Shown: piece by piece, positions 1 to 11,299 of the stretch
How the letters are laid out: each line of letters starts with the position of its first letter
Position numbering within the stretch: the stretch's first letter is position 1
Source of the DNA: Camelus dromedarius
Lineage: Eukaryota
Assembly: GCF_036321535.1 (NCBI RefSeq)
Contig: NC_087436.1
Location: 77,068,001 to 77,132,000 of the forward strand
Direction: 5' to 3'
Length of the DNA stretch: 64,000 bases
The notes under the pieces: model-generated
The model's database searches: none
What the model was told of the DNA's origin: nothing
Seen by the model: the letters and a program-made list of their open reading frames with translations, nothing else
Position numbers and translations under genes: made by a program

Positions 1-76
1 AGAGGAGATACTGGGGATTCAACCCAGGACCTTGTGCATGCTAGGCATGCACTCTACCATTTGAACTATATCCTCC
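1..76 (-). mobile_element. tRNA-derived SINE (camelid Vic-1-like), cut by window start
   Basis: Reverse complement reads ggaggatatagttcaaatggtagagtgcatgcctagcatgcacaaggtcctgggttgaatccccagtatctcc, with A- and B-box-like motifs; same family as the copy at 5513-5653. Confidence 0.85.
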
Positions 77-1104
77 AGCTGACATCTCAATTTTTGAGAT
101 GATCTTTTAAAGTTAAGAAAGCTAACTTAAAATGAAGTATCTTACCAGAAGTTTTCATTAAATTTTTTTTTTTGCACTTCTATGAAAATCTTCAAAATCA
201 CTTCATTAAGCACTTAAAGAGCAGCTACCACAGGCCCGAGGGCTGCACTGTGTGTTGATTCCCAAGGATGATTTGTAGAACATTAAAATCCAAAAATGGT
301 TTCTGAAAAGTTTGCTGGTTTCCAAGTTGGATTACTTTAAACCCATATTTTTAAAAATGCACAACTTTGTTCTATAGGAAAAGTCTTTAGTAAAAACCTT
401 TTAATTTCTAATTTACCCTTTAACAAAGGCAACTTCAACAAGCCAAGATCCTTCTTTATGTGTTTACTGAAACTTAAAAAGTAAAAAGAAAAACTCACTT
501 GGGACCAAAAGAAGTCTTCAAAGATATTTTCATTGTTTCTTTCCTTTGAGAAGTTCATAAATTGTTCCTCTCCAAACATTAGCAATAATTTTAAAAATAA
601 TTTAACAAAATCATTAATGTATTTTATTATTGGTTTTGGTCACAAGATCATTTCCGGAGACTTCTGTTTTGAGATAATCTCCTTGCAATACTCTCCTTGC
701 AATAATGAACTTCCAGGTACCTGAGAACTAACCTTGATATTTTTGTCCCTCATAGCATGGTTTTAGAATGAGATTAGAAGCGCTGATCTATAATATTTTG
801 TCTACATATCCTGGGAGTCTCATACTTCTTAATTTTGGATTGGAATTGGCATCTCTCCTGTGGCTCCACATTTCGCCGAAGTCCGAGTGAGGTGACGGTG
901 TGAGACCTGATTTGCAGTGGGTAATTTGAGACGGCGTTCTTAGGAATAAGGCGGAAGCCTGAGCAGTAACAAGACACGGGGGCGGGGTTAACGTCCAAAG
1001 CTGCGCACCGGTTCCCAACTGATTGGAAGGGACGGAGTGGGTGGAACCTTCTGACCCGGGCCGGTGCCTCTGTCGCTAGGGACGCTTCGGCCCAGGTAAC
1101 TGCC

Positions 1105-1215
1105 ATGGATCAGGAAGAGGGGTCGACCACGTTGGACAACATAGTCACTCAGTTCAGCACCTATGAAGATTTCCTGGACTCGCAGATCACTACGGTGGAC
1201 CTGTACTACCTGGAG
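1105..1215 (+). CDS. CFAP299: CFAP299 (C4orf22) coding exon 1, cilia- and flagella-associated protein 299
   Basis: Kozak-like gccATGG; encodes MDQEEGSTTLDNIVTQFSTYEDFLDSQITTVDLYYLE (37 codons), matching the recalled CFAP299 N-terminus; ends at donor GAG|gtaaga, phase 0. Confidence 0.95.
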
Positions 1216-1294
1216 GTAAGAGCGGCAGCCCCACGGGGCGGCCACCTCCTTCGCGTCCCTCAGGCTCTCCCGAGGCCCAGCGTCGTGGGGTGAT

Positions 1295-1307
1295 CGCCCC
1301 CTGGCGG
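1295..1307 (-). promoter_or_regulatory. candidate CTCF site
   Basis: cgccccctggcgg is the reverse complement of CCGCCAGGGGGCG, a near-perfect CTCF core. Confidence 0.6.
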
Positions 1308-3665
1308 TGGACCGCGGGGACAGCCGACCCCGAAATACCGACGGCGGCGCCAGAGCTCAGCGGCGGAGAATCGGCGGGTCTTCCCGCCCCGCGCTGCCTC
1401 AGTCGGTGCGGAATTCGGGCCCCAGGTGTCCATCACCCGGCGCAGACCCACGGCCGTGCGCGCGCACGCGCGCACGCAGACCCGCCGCGGGGCCTGGCGT
1501 TCCTGCACGTCGGCCTCCCTCGCCGGCCTCCCTCGCCGCCCCCCCTCGCCGCCCCCCGGCCCGCTCCCCTTCCAAAGTCCCTCTCCGCTGAGGAGGGTGG
1601 CCGGATTCCGAGGCCCGCCGAGACCCTTCCGGCGGGCTGGAATTCAGGTAGGAAACCCTGCTTCTCTTTCCTTTGCCAGTTTGTATGAAAGAATAGAAGC
1701 CAGTATTCTTTCAGATTGCCTCGTGTCGTGCTGGGCATTTGGTTCCACGAATTTCCACCTCACGCTGGTTGATTCAGAAAGCCCTCTAATTACGGGTACG
1801 CGCTACAGGTCGTCCTGCAGGCAATTCCTGACTCCAGTTTATCGGGGTGAAGGATCACAACTAATGTTGAGAGTTAAAAAAAAAAAAAAAGCCTGCAACA
1901 TAGCAAAATCGGACGTAATTGGAATTGCTTCTATCTTCCTCTCAGGACCCCGCCCCCCCCGACCTGCTTCTTGAAGGTGTATGCGTGCTGTGGGGGTGGC
2001 TGGGGGTGGGGGTAGGGCGCCGACAGAATAGCGTTCTTGTCCTCTTCCAGGAGGACCAGGACGAGCGAGAAAATAACAGGCTACCGGTCCTGGGAAGCAG
2101 GAGGTGGACGGCGGGTCTCTGTAGCCCTGGTACATAGCCAAACCAGGCCCACTAAATGGGCACTGACTTGGAAATTCTGCTGTCCTGGAGCCATGCCAGA
2201 GAACCCCAAGCTGTCCCCTCTCTGCTTAGGCCAGAGAGGACCGGCGCCGCTCTGTGGTGCCACACCACACCTGAGTGTGAGAAGGATTTCTATGCTGCAG
2301 CCAAATCCTCAAACTCCTTATCTGCAACGATGTAATTCTACATTTTAGTGGATAGTAATTTTTGGACTCCAGTGATCCTGTTAAGTGGGATTTTATTTCA
2401 GTGTGGATTCCAAGGTCTGAAAAGTGCTTATCCTCTAAAACACATTCATATGCTGGATAGGAACAGAATTTTAAGGAAATAGAAACATCTAATTTTAGTC
2501 CTATCTCTGCCACAAATAAGTTGTGTGACCTTGGACAGATAATTTTATCTTTCTGGAATTAAGTGTTTAAAAATCCAAGTGATATTCCCAAGATATATTC
2601 TGACTTCAAAAACAAGCTTTTAAATATTTTATACAGATAATATGTTTAAAATCATGAAGGTTGAATTTTATGCCTTGCATCGTAGTCACTGAAATGAAGG
2701 GGAAAAAATCATGGTGCCAAACACTGTTTGCATCTAAATTTTTGAATATCTAAACAGAAATAAAGTATAGACGATAAATATCCCAATAGGATATCATTAT
2801 CTTTGTAACACATGTGGAAAATTGCCAAGCTTAAGCTTAGTATCATTAAGAAGGATTTCAAATTTTTTAAGGCAAAGTTTTTCATGTGAGTAAGCAATTA
2901 AAATCATTAACATTGATTAGGAGTCAGAAATTAATATTGTGTTTCATCAATTAGAATTTTAAAGGTCTCCAAAATGGAAAATGGTGACTGCATTTGGGGG
3001 AAATGTAAAGAAATTTACTGTTAAATTTGGCACTGGTTAAAATTATTATTATTGTACTTTCATAAAAAATAAGATGAATATTTAGTTTAATAATAATATT
3101 AAGCTACAGATTTTTGGACTGAGCAATGAAAAATTCTAAGTGTCATTAGCTCTGGGAACCTGTATTCTCCAATACTTTCTGAGGATACAACTTACTTGCC
3201 CACTTAGGGCACACAGAGACAAGTGAACTTCTCAGAGTTGTTTCAGTATTCTGGCTAGTCTGGCAAGCATGTGTCATGGATCATGCGTTGTGAGGTGATG
3301 CTCTTTTCTTTTTCTTTTTTCTTTTCTTTTTCATTTTGGTCATCTGTACTTGGTTTGGATGGAGCAAATTTTGAATGGCAAGTGAGAGAGAGCATACTGT
3401 AGTTGGAAGAGCCTAGAGTCATGAGATTAGGATTCGAATTCTGTATTATTGTGTTTTAAATCAGTTTGAAACTTCATTACTTCATCTGCAAAATGAAGGG
3501 GCTAGGCAAGACTATACTGAAGGATCTTAATGTATGTAAAATTTCATGAATCATCTATGCACCTATCTGTCCATCCACGTATCTATGTGTTCATTCAACT
3601 GTCGAATTAGTAAACCTTCACCAAGAGCCTACTGTAGTAGATATTACCTTAATATCTAGGAATTT

Positions 3666-3981
3666 AAGAATCAGTTCTATGTTGTGTCAACTTCTGATGT
3701 ACAGCATAATAGTTCAGTCATACATATACATACATATATTCATTTTCATATTCTTTTGTAAACTGAGTATACTGCAATAAAAAAAAACAAAGTTCTATGG
3801 TATAGCACAGGGAACTATAGTCAATATCTGTAATAACCTATAATTGAAAAAGAGTACTTATGTATGTATATGTATAGCTGAATCACTGTGCTGTACACTT
3901 GAAACTAACACAACACTGTAAATCACCCATACTTCAATTTAAAAAAAACAACAAAAATAAACAAAAAAAGAATCAGTTCTA
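3666..3981 (+). mobile_element. composite short L1 3'-end insertion with 14-bp TSD
   Basis: TSD aagaatcagttcta at 3666-3679 and 3968-3981. Inside are an inverted L1 3'UTR piece, a short sense tail with poly(A), then a second sense L1 3' end with an A-rich tail. Confidence 0.8.
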
Positions 3982-4176
3982 GACTTGACCTTAAGTCATC
4001 TTAGTATTAGTACTTACAGTCCAGTCTAAGTTTTATTTATTCAGCAAAAGTTTTACAAATATTTACTATCTTCTAGGCACTCTTTTCTTGTGTAGGATAT
4101 TCTGCTGCTGCCAAATGTTTTCAATTAATTAAAAAAAATTACTACCAATGATTCACATACAAAGGGCATACTATCT

Positions 4177-4635
4177 TTGCTAGACTCAATCTCTACCCTT
4201 CTCCACCCTTATCTGTGCCCCTGGAAGTTATCCCTTGTGGTCATTAATCAGGCTCTTTTGGTTTTGGGTTTGTTTCAGCTGGTAAGGAGACTGAAGAGAT
4301 TGAAGAGAGTTAGAGAACTTATTCCCTGTCGTCTTCCTGCGGGCTGTGGTTTGGAAGTGGCTGCATTCCTTATGTTTGGCCAACTTCTTGTTCCATCAGC
4401 TGCAGCACTCTTTCCAGGTGCTGACAGCATTCCTGTTCTAGGAGTTCTAGGGACTGTTTCCTCTCCTGTCTCCTTTTAGGTCTAATGGTGTTAATAACTT
4501 TAGCACTGTTGCTAGCCCAAGGATGCTTCACTATCCCATGTTGGTTTCCATTAATCTTGCTCATATCTTTGTAAATTGTGCTTTTATTCTTTTTAAATCA
4601 TCTCTCCTGAGTTTACCTGCCATGGCCCTGACCTC
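4177..4635 (+). mobile_element. old ERV-L-class LTR (LTR33-like)
   Basis: Motifs cttctccacccttatctgtgccc, ttcctgttctagg and gctagcccaagg resemble the recalled LTR33 consensus. Confidence 0.45.
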
Positions 4636-4789
4636 TGTGTTGTTATTTAACATCTCAAGCCACAATAAGTATATGAGTAGTGTATAAATATAATAACCAC
4701 AATGCTTTTTATATGATACTTAAGAATGAAGGGAAGTAGGAGAAAAAAATGAAAAATGACCTCAGTTAACTATTCGATGAGCTGAAAAG

Positions 4790-5168
4790 TTTTTTTTTTA
4801 ATTGAACGAAAAACAATGTCTTTATATAAACTGTTAATAGATACCTAAATACAGTGTTTTTTAAAATGAAATCGTGTGTATATAGTAAACAAATCAAAAG
4901 CTATACAACAACATTAACAGCAAATCCAATTACAAATGAACATATTCCTCTGAATTCCATGTTTCATTGAGCATCAAATACCACCAATCTTTTAGTCCTT
5001 TTCTTGTATATTATTTTGTATCCAGATTCTCTGCATTGGATTGGATCCCTGCATTTTATTTCATTTTCTATGTGACATTCTCCACAAATAACATTCGCTG
5101 CTGCTTTGGGGGTTGAACATCCTTCTGGGTGTCCATTGTTGTCCCCAAGTAGCATGGAGAACAACTTA
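4790..5168 (-). pseudogene. POLR2K: POLR2K (RPABC4) processed pseudogene
   Basis: Minus strand ATG at 5136 gives [15 protein letters not shown], then a frameshift into [41 protein letters not shown] (stop 4964-4966). The CDS spans 173 nt versus 177 expected for 58 aa plus stop. It is intronless, with a 3'UTR and poly(A) remnant (T-run 4790-4799). Confidence 0.92.
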
Positions 5169-5512
5169 GAGAATTTATTTATAAAGTAGGAAATAAAAAG
5201 CATGTTTTTAACACTTATTTAGAGTATGAACAAAACTTACCTACAGGAAAGAAGGTAGAGAATACTGAACTTAGCTTAATGGCCATGTAATACAAGCAAG
5301 CATAACCCAAGTTTCTTTCATGCAAATAAGCCTGAAGGGAAAGAGAATGGCAATGTTTATAGAACAGACCACAACAAATATTTAAAAAATTTACTTAAGA
5401 AACTGTATATAAATGAAAAAATAAATTAGACAATTTATAAGAAATGTTTTGTAGGTTACAATAGGCTATAACTTAGTTTATTATGAATAAAATTTAAAAC
5501 ACTTTGTACTTT

Positions 5513-5653
5513 AAAAAATTTTTTTGAGGGGGTTGGATAATTAGGTTTATTTATTTATTTATTTACTTTTTCAGAGGAGGTACTGGGAATTGAACCTAGG
5601 ACCTTGTGTATGCTAAGCATGCACTCTACCACTTGAGCTATACCCTCACCCCC
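5513..5653 (-). mobile_element. tRNA-derived SINE (camelid Vic-1-like)
   Basis: Minus strand: ggggtgagggtatagctcaagtggtagagtgcatgcttagcatacacaaggtcctaggttcaattcccagtacctcc...(taaa)n cctaatta... followed by an A-tail. Confidence 0.9.
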
Positions 5654-5714
5654 AAAGAAATCTGTAACTGGCTGTGATCAATTAGTTATAAACACCACTG
5701 CACTTGGACCAGCC
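5653..5714 (-). pseudogene. RNY3: Y3 RNA (RNY3) pseudogene, 3'-truncated
   Basis: Minus strand ggctggtccaagtgcagtggtgtttataactaattgatcacagccagttacagatttctttg matches the first ~62 nt of Y3 RNA (GGCTGGTCCGAGTGCAGTGGTGTTTACAACTAATTGATCACAACCAGTTACAGATTTCTTTG) with about 3 substitutions. Confidence 0.93.
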
Positions 5715-7049
5715 AACACATTGTACATTTTTTACATCATAGGTTCAGTGTTAAAAGAATTCCAACAAGACAGAGCTTAGACTTGGCAAGAACAATGCAA
5801 TAGATAGAGTAAGGCAACTTAAATGGAAATGGCTTGTATAAGTAACATTGATGCATATGAACATCTTCAAGGTATGATTTGGTCTATAACTGGGCAGAAT
5901 TAAGACAAATGCCATTCAATTTCAGTTAAAAAGTCCAAGTTTCACTGTAGTTAATAAAAAGTCAAAGCATACAATGTATATACCAGCTCCCCCAGCAACT
6001 AGGGTAAGGTGGTAAAGGAGGATGAAAGAGGCTTTTCATTCTATGTACAATGTGCTTTGGTCGTCTTACTAGGTACCTGTAAACATTACAATAAACTTAT
6101 AACAGCATTGACAATCAGATTTATCTATGCCAACTCAAATAACAGTATTTGTTCTGGGAGGTAGTATCATCTAATCTAATTTAACCTATCCCCTAAATCA
6201 ATATACAAATACTTAAAAAGTTTTGGCCAAATTTTTGCACTGTATTTTTCCAGATTCTTTCTTGTTAAATAAACACTATCCCCCTCATTTCAGTGGCTGC
6301 CTGTGACCATGGGAGAAATAAGAATACTATGGAATTGCTTTTCTCAGATAAGGGATCAAGGGGTATTTTTTGAATTATTTTAGAATTTCCCTGACTCATG
6401 GCTAAATTATTTACAGAGATTGGCAATATGGAAGTTTTATTTAGAGATTATCTTTCCATTATTTAGAAAATAGAAATAAGTAAATCACACAAATTAAACC
6501 TTTTGGATATTTCTTAAATTTATTTGGCAGACATTGATTAGGTAAGTTTCTAAGAAAAACCCAGTAACATAATTTACCATAATTACACAGTAAGCCAGTT
6601 AACCACCAACCATTGTATTTTTTTTCCAGTATTTATTCCATCAAGGTACAGAGTAAATACTGTTCCCTATGAAAGATCTTAATTCACATGTTTCAGAATC
6701 AGTTATACTTTGTTTATTCAATAGAAAAATATGTGGCATAAATTAGCTGCTCTCTGCTTAAGAGGAATCTTATATTTTTCCTTCATTAGGTTCACAGAGG
6801 TACTTCTCCTTAAGTAAAAATATCTGGTTTTTTCATGGAGATGAATTCTGATAATCAGGGACTGAAACTGAGGTAGGAATGCCTCATCCACTGTACTTCT
6901 GAATCTTTATCATAATGATAAAATTACAGTGCTGTGAGCCTGATATCCTCCTCAGTTTCTCAGCTGTGTCTCAGGCAATCCCCCAAATTTATTTTCTTGG
7001 TATTTAAGGTATGTTCCATTTAATTTTTTGTTTATACTAACTTCAACAG

Positions 7050-8750
7050 CTACTTCTGGGAAGAGGCAAGGGTAGAGGCAGAGAAAATTCCTGAGGAGAG
7101 TATGTAGGGTGAGATAAAACAGAGGGCTGAAGACAGAATGCTGGAGAACAGTCATCACTTAGGGCATGGGCATGGAAGTGGTGCTCACAAAGGAGAGGGA
7201 GGGGTCTGAAAAGTGGAAGGAAATAAGGAGCATAGGATGATCCAGAAGCAAAAGCAGCCAGATTATGATACCCAAAACCCATGAACAACATTTGCACAAA
7301 ACCAGATGAGAGTTATTCCTATGAAGCCCAAGATAAAAGCAGATGAGGAGAAACGATCAATAGCCACAACACTCAGAAGGTGTTAGCTTCGATGTGAGAG
7401 GAAAGCAGAGAGAAGAATGGGGACATCCAGAAGACCCCAGAACAAGAAACTACAAAGCAGTCCACAGGTGTTCCCTGGAAGTGGAGTAGTCCAATCTGAG
7501 AACAGCAGCTGAAACTGGGAGGTTTTGGCCACTACATTAGTAGGTGAGGATAAAGGTTCCTGGGTGAGGTCTGAAGGAGTTGGAGCAATGGACCCCTGTG
7601 AACTCTTGAAACTAAATTCCATAGCTCATTTTTGGGCAGTGCTCTGCACTGGAGATGCTGTTAGGAGTGGAATCAATACTGAGCAGGATAGGGACAATAG
7701 AGACACAAATGGAAAGAGAAGGGTCAGGTAAAAGCAAGGGAGTAAAACAAATTTAAAAAGAAATTTTAGAAAGCAAGTGCCAAATTTTTTGGACACTTTA
7801 TAGAAACAAAATAAGTGGGAAGTTCTGTAAGATTCTTTAAAAGTTCAGGAAGACCAAAAATGAGGTCAAAGCTCTTTCAAAGTTATAAGAAAAAAGAGGA
7901 TGAGGAGCAGAATAGCATCTTTGCAGTCCCTTACAGAACTGTGACCTTCCTTTTGCATGCAAACTAAAAGATATTAAGAAGATAATACACACATGAAAGA
8001 ATTCAGATGTGACAGAATCCAAGAAGGAAAGAGGAACAAAATGAAACCTGTAGAAATGAAAACTGAACTGGAAGGAACACAAGAATGGATAAACACAATA
8101 GATAGTATCTTAAAGAAATAATAGGTATAAAGGATGAAACTTTTTTTAAAAAAAATCAAAGCATAATGGAATAAAGAGAGGTTCAAACAAAACTGATAAT
8201 TACTGAAGATAGTAGTTTCAGCATATGGATAATAGAAGTCCCCGATGAAGTAAGTCAGAGCAGGGAACAGAACAAATACTAAAAACTATAATTCAGGAAA
8301 ACTTTCTTGAAAGAAACAACAAAAAGATTTGAAAATACATATTAGAAGAATACACTCTGTACCTGAGAATTTAAATCCAGTATGACCAATACCAAAGCAT
8401 ATCTAGTAAAATTGTATGGACTTTAAAGAAAAAGTTAAAAAGCCACTTGGATATCTAGGCATAAACAGCAAGTGACATATCAGGTTACACAAATGAAATT
8501 ATCAGACTTTTAAAACAATGCTTTATGTTAGATCAAATTAGAATCACTTATTTCAGATACCAAAGGGAAAAAATGTGAGCCAAGAGTTTTATATCCAGCA
8601 AATCTGACTTCTAGTTATAAAAAACGCAAATTGTTATTAACATGCAAGAACTCAGTTTTATCATGGGTCCTTCTTAAGATATGTATTACAGAATGAGCTT
8701 CAGAAAATCAAAATGACTAATATGATATCAACGTAAGGGTTGGTAACATT
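7050..8750 (+). mobile_element. ancient L1/HAL1-like 5'UTR and ORF1 remnant
   Basis: A-rich degenerate ORF1-like motifs (aattcaggaaaactttcttgaa, catatctagtaaaatt, ttttatatccagcaaatctgacttc); no long open frame. Confidence 0.6.
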
Positions 8751-8754
8751 GGTT

Positions 8755-9280
8755 AAATACAGCTGCTAATGTCACTAAAGGGGGAAGAACCAGACATTAG
8801 TGCATGAAAGAACAAAACACCACTTATAAACTTTCTAAAAAGCCCAAACCTCAATCTGATCAAGTCTCTGTTAATCAAGTCTGCTGTTAATTGCAGAACA
8901 TACAGAAGAGAGAGGAACACATGGAACTGAACCCTGAGTAGGCAATCAGCAAAGCCAGGCGATGGGAAACTATAGATCACACTGTAGCTTCTTCATGGGA
9001 AACTGTAGATCAAATCGTGCAGGTAGGACATGGATGAGAGAAGATGTAGATCAAGAGAAACTTAGAAAACACGTGAAATTTTAAGAAGTAGACAAGACTA
9101 AACTGGCATCTAGAATAGCACTTGTCTGATAATCCTATAAAGAAATGCAAAGAAGTGATTACTGGGAAGGTCAGGAGAGTGGCTACTTTTCGGGGAAGGC
9201 AAAGATTGGTGGTTAGGAAGGGGCATGTGAAGGAGCTCCTGAGATGCCTAAGAAAGCTTTGTTTCTTGACTGGAGCGGTG
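8755..9280 (+). mobile_element. old L1 3'UTR (L1MC/L1ME-like)
   Basis: Motif aacctcaatctgatcaagtctctg and downstream aaagaaatgcaaagaagtgattact...aggagagtggctact. Confidence 0.55.
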
Positions 9281-9284
9281 GGCT

Positions 9285-9555
9285 CCCACTTGCCAAGGCT
9301 GACATAACTGCTGCCACCTCTGAATGTCCAACTTGAATGACAGGCATTCTACTGTCTGCAACCAAGTAAAGTGCCTCTGATATAGCACCTTTTCTTCAGG
9401 TAAACATCCAACTACTTGGTGGCAAATTTACCATACTGGGCCCCCTCAACTTTGGAAGCATCAGCATTTCAATCTGATAGGAACAGATGCATTTGGTTTA
9501 CCTTTTCCGGCTGTAGTTGTAAGCCAGCTCCACTATCTAATGACTTACGGAATAT
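9285..9555 (+). mobile_element. ERV-L internal fragment (integrase region)
   Basis: Translates in pieces as PLAKADITAATSECPT and HPTTWWQIYHTGPP, resembling ERV-L integrase PLTKADLATATAECP...PATWWQVDYIGPLP. Confidence 0.65.
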
Positions 9556-9559
9556 TTTT

Positions 9560-10605
9560 TTCTTTTGATTTTCTTGAGATAAAATTGACATATAGCACTG
9601 CATGAGTTTAAGGTACAGAGCATAATTAGTTGACTTACATATATCCATTCACTTGTTGATGGACATAGATTCCTTTATCCATTCATCTGCTGATGGACAC
9701 TTAGGTTGTTGTTTCCATGTCTTGGCTATTGTAAATAATGCTGCAGTGAACATGGGGTGCAGAGATCACTTCGACAAAGTGTTTTTATTTCTTATGGATA
9801 TATGTTCCCAGAAGTGGAATTTCTGGATTGTGTGTGTGGTAGTTCTATTTTTTTTTTTGAGGAATCTCATATTGTTTTCCATAGTGCCTGCACCAGTTTA
9901 CATTCCCACTAAGAGTGCACAAGAGTTCACTTTTCTCCACATCCACAGCCAGTTAAAATACAGCATTTGTTATCTTTTGTCTTTTTGGTGATAGCCATTG
10001 TAACAGGTTGTGGTAATATCTCATTGTGGTTTTGATTTGCATTTCCTTAATGATTAGCGATGTTGAGCACCTTTTCACGTACCTGTTAGCCGTTTGAGTA
10101 TCTTCTTGGGCAAAAATATTTGTTCAGGACCTTTGCTCATTTTAAAATTGTATTATTTGTTTTTCTGCTCTTGAGGTGTTTGAGTTTTTTTAATATATAT
10201 TTTGGATGTTAACCCCTTATCAGATGTATGATTTCTCTTCCATAGGTGGTCTTTTCATTTTGTTGATTATTTCTTTTGCTGTGAAGAAGCTTTTTAGTTT
10301 GATGTAGTCTCATTTATTTATTTTTTTATTTCCTTGCTTATGCTTTAGGTGTCAAATCCGAAAATTATTGCCTAGACCCATCAGTGAGCTTTTTTCCTAT
10401 TTTCTTCTATGAGTTTTATGGTTTTGGGTATTACCTTTAAGTCTGTAATCATTTCAAGTCAATTTTTGTGAGTGGTGTAAGATTTGGGTCTAGTTTCAGT
10501 ATTTTACATATGACTATCAAATTTTCCTAGCACCACTTATTGAAGAGACTGTATTTTCTCTATTGAGTGTTCTTGGGTCCTTTGTCAAATGTTAGTTGAC
10601 CATAA
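9560..10605 (-). mobile_element. L1 3' end (ORF2 C-terminus and 3'UTR)
   Basis: Canonical antisense L1 text: atccattcatctgctgatggacacttaggttg, ctcattgtggttttgatttgcatttcc, agcaccacttattgaagagactgt. Confidence 0.9.
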
Positions 10606-10974
10606 AGTTAGTTGACAATTAAAGCTGACTGGATTTGTCTATTTTAATTTCTATTTTATTTTCCTATTGTTTTTATTAATTGTTTCCTTCTATGTTACTT
10701 AGGTATATTTTGCTATTCTTTCTCCACTTTCTTTAGTTGAATGGTTAGCTGTTTATTTTCAAATTTTCTTCTGTCTAGTAAATGCAATGATGCAGTTTTT
10801 TCTATGTACTTTATTAAGGTTTGATATGCAATTTCTATGCCAAAAATTTAAAACTCTATATGACAAAAACCAAAGGCAAGCAACTGCTTGAGAATAAATA
10901 TTTGCAAAATGCGTAATCAAAGACTTGCTATATAGAATAAAGCCCTATATATCAATAATAAATAAAGTCTAATT

Positions 10975-11164
10975 GAAAATGAGCAAATTTACACAAAATA
11001 TACACAAAATGTTATGATAACTCACAGAGAAAAAAATGTGACAATGAGTGTGTATATGTCCATGAATGACTGAAAAATTGTGCTAAACACTGGAATTTGA
11101 CACAACATTGTAAAATGATTATAAATCAATAAAAAATGTTAAAAAAAAGAAAATGGGCAAATTT
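10975..11164 (+). mobile_element. young camelid-type L1 3' end with TSD, inserted in an older L1
   Basis: TSD gaaaatg(a/g)gcaaattt on both sides; body nearly identical to the copies at ~45290-46000 and ~48477-48690. Confidence 0.85.
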
Positions 11165-11299
11165 AACAAACAGGTAGTTCTCATATAGACACTAAAATAA
11201 CCAATAATTATATGAGAAGTCGCATATGTATGACATAATATCATTTGTGGGAAAAAGCTTTTAAAAATCATGAAACTGTACCAAGTATTTTTCCCTTTC

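Larger units (their letters stand above)
880..2110 (+). promoter_or_regulatory. CpG island / CFAP299 promoter and 5' end of intron 1
   Basis: Abrupt GC- and CpG-rich block in an AT-rich background, spanning the ATG at 1105. Contains a GC box ggggcgggg (~979-987), an inverted CCAAT (attgg 1022-1026) and an X-box-like gtcgctagggac (1072-1083). Confidence 0.85.

Noticed and set aside
494..725. Possible antisense exon (ttctcag|gtacc ... cccaa|gtgagt) and 82-aa ORF upstream of the promoter
   Set aside because: Weak polypyrimidine tract, no recognisable protein, no transcript evidence.
1216..2350. Multiple overlapping 60-180 aa ORFs in the CpG island
   Set aside because: Pro/Arg/Ala/Gly-rich frames are expected in GC-rich DNA with few stops; no recognisable protein, and the true frame splices at 1215.
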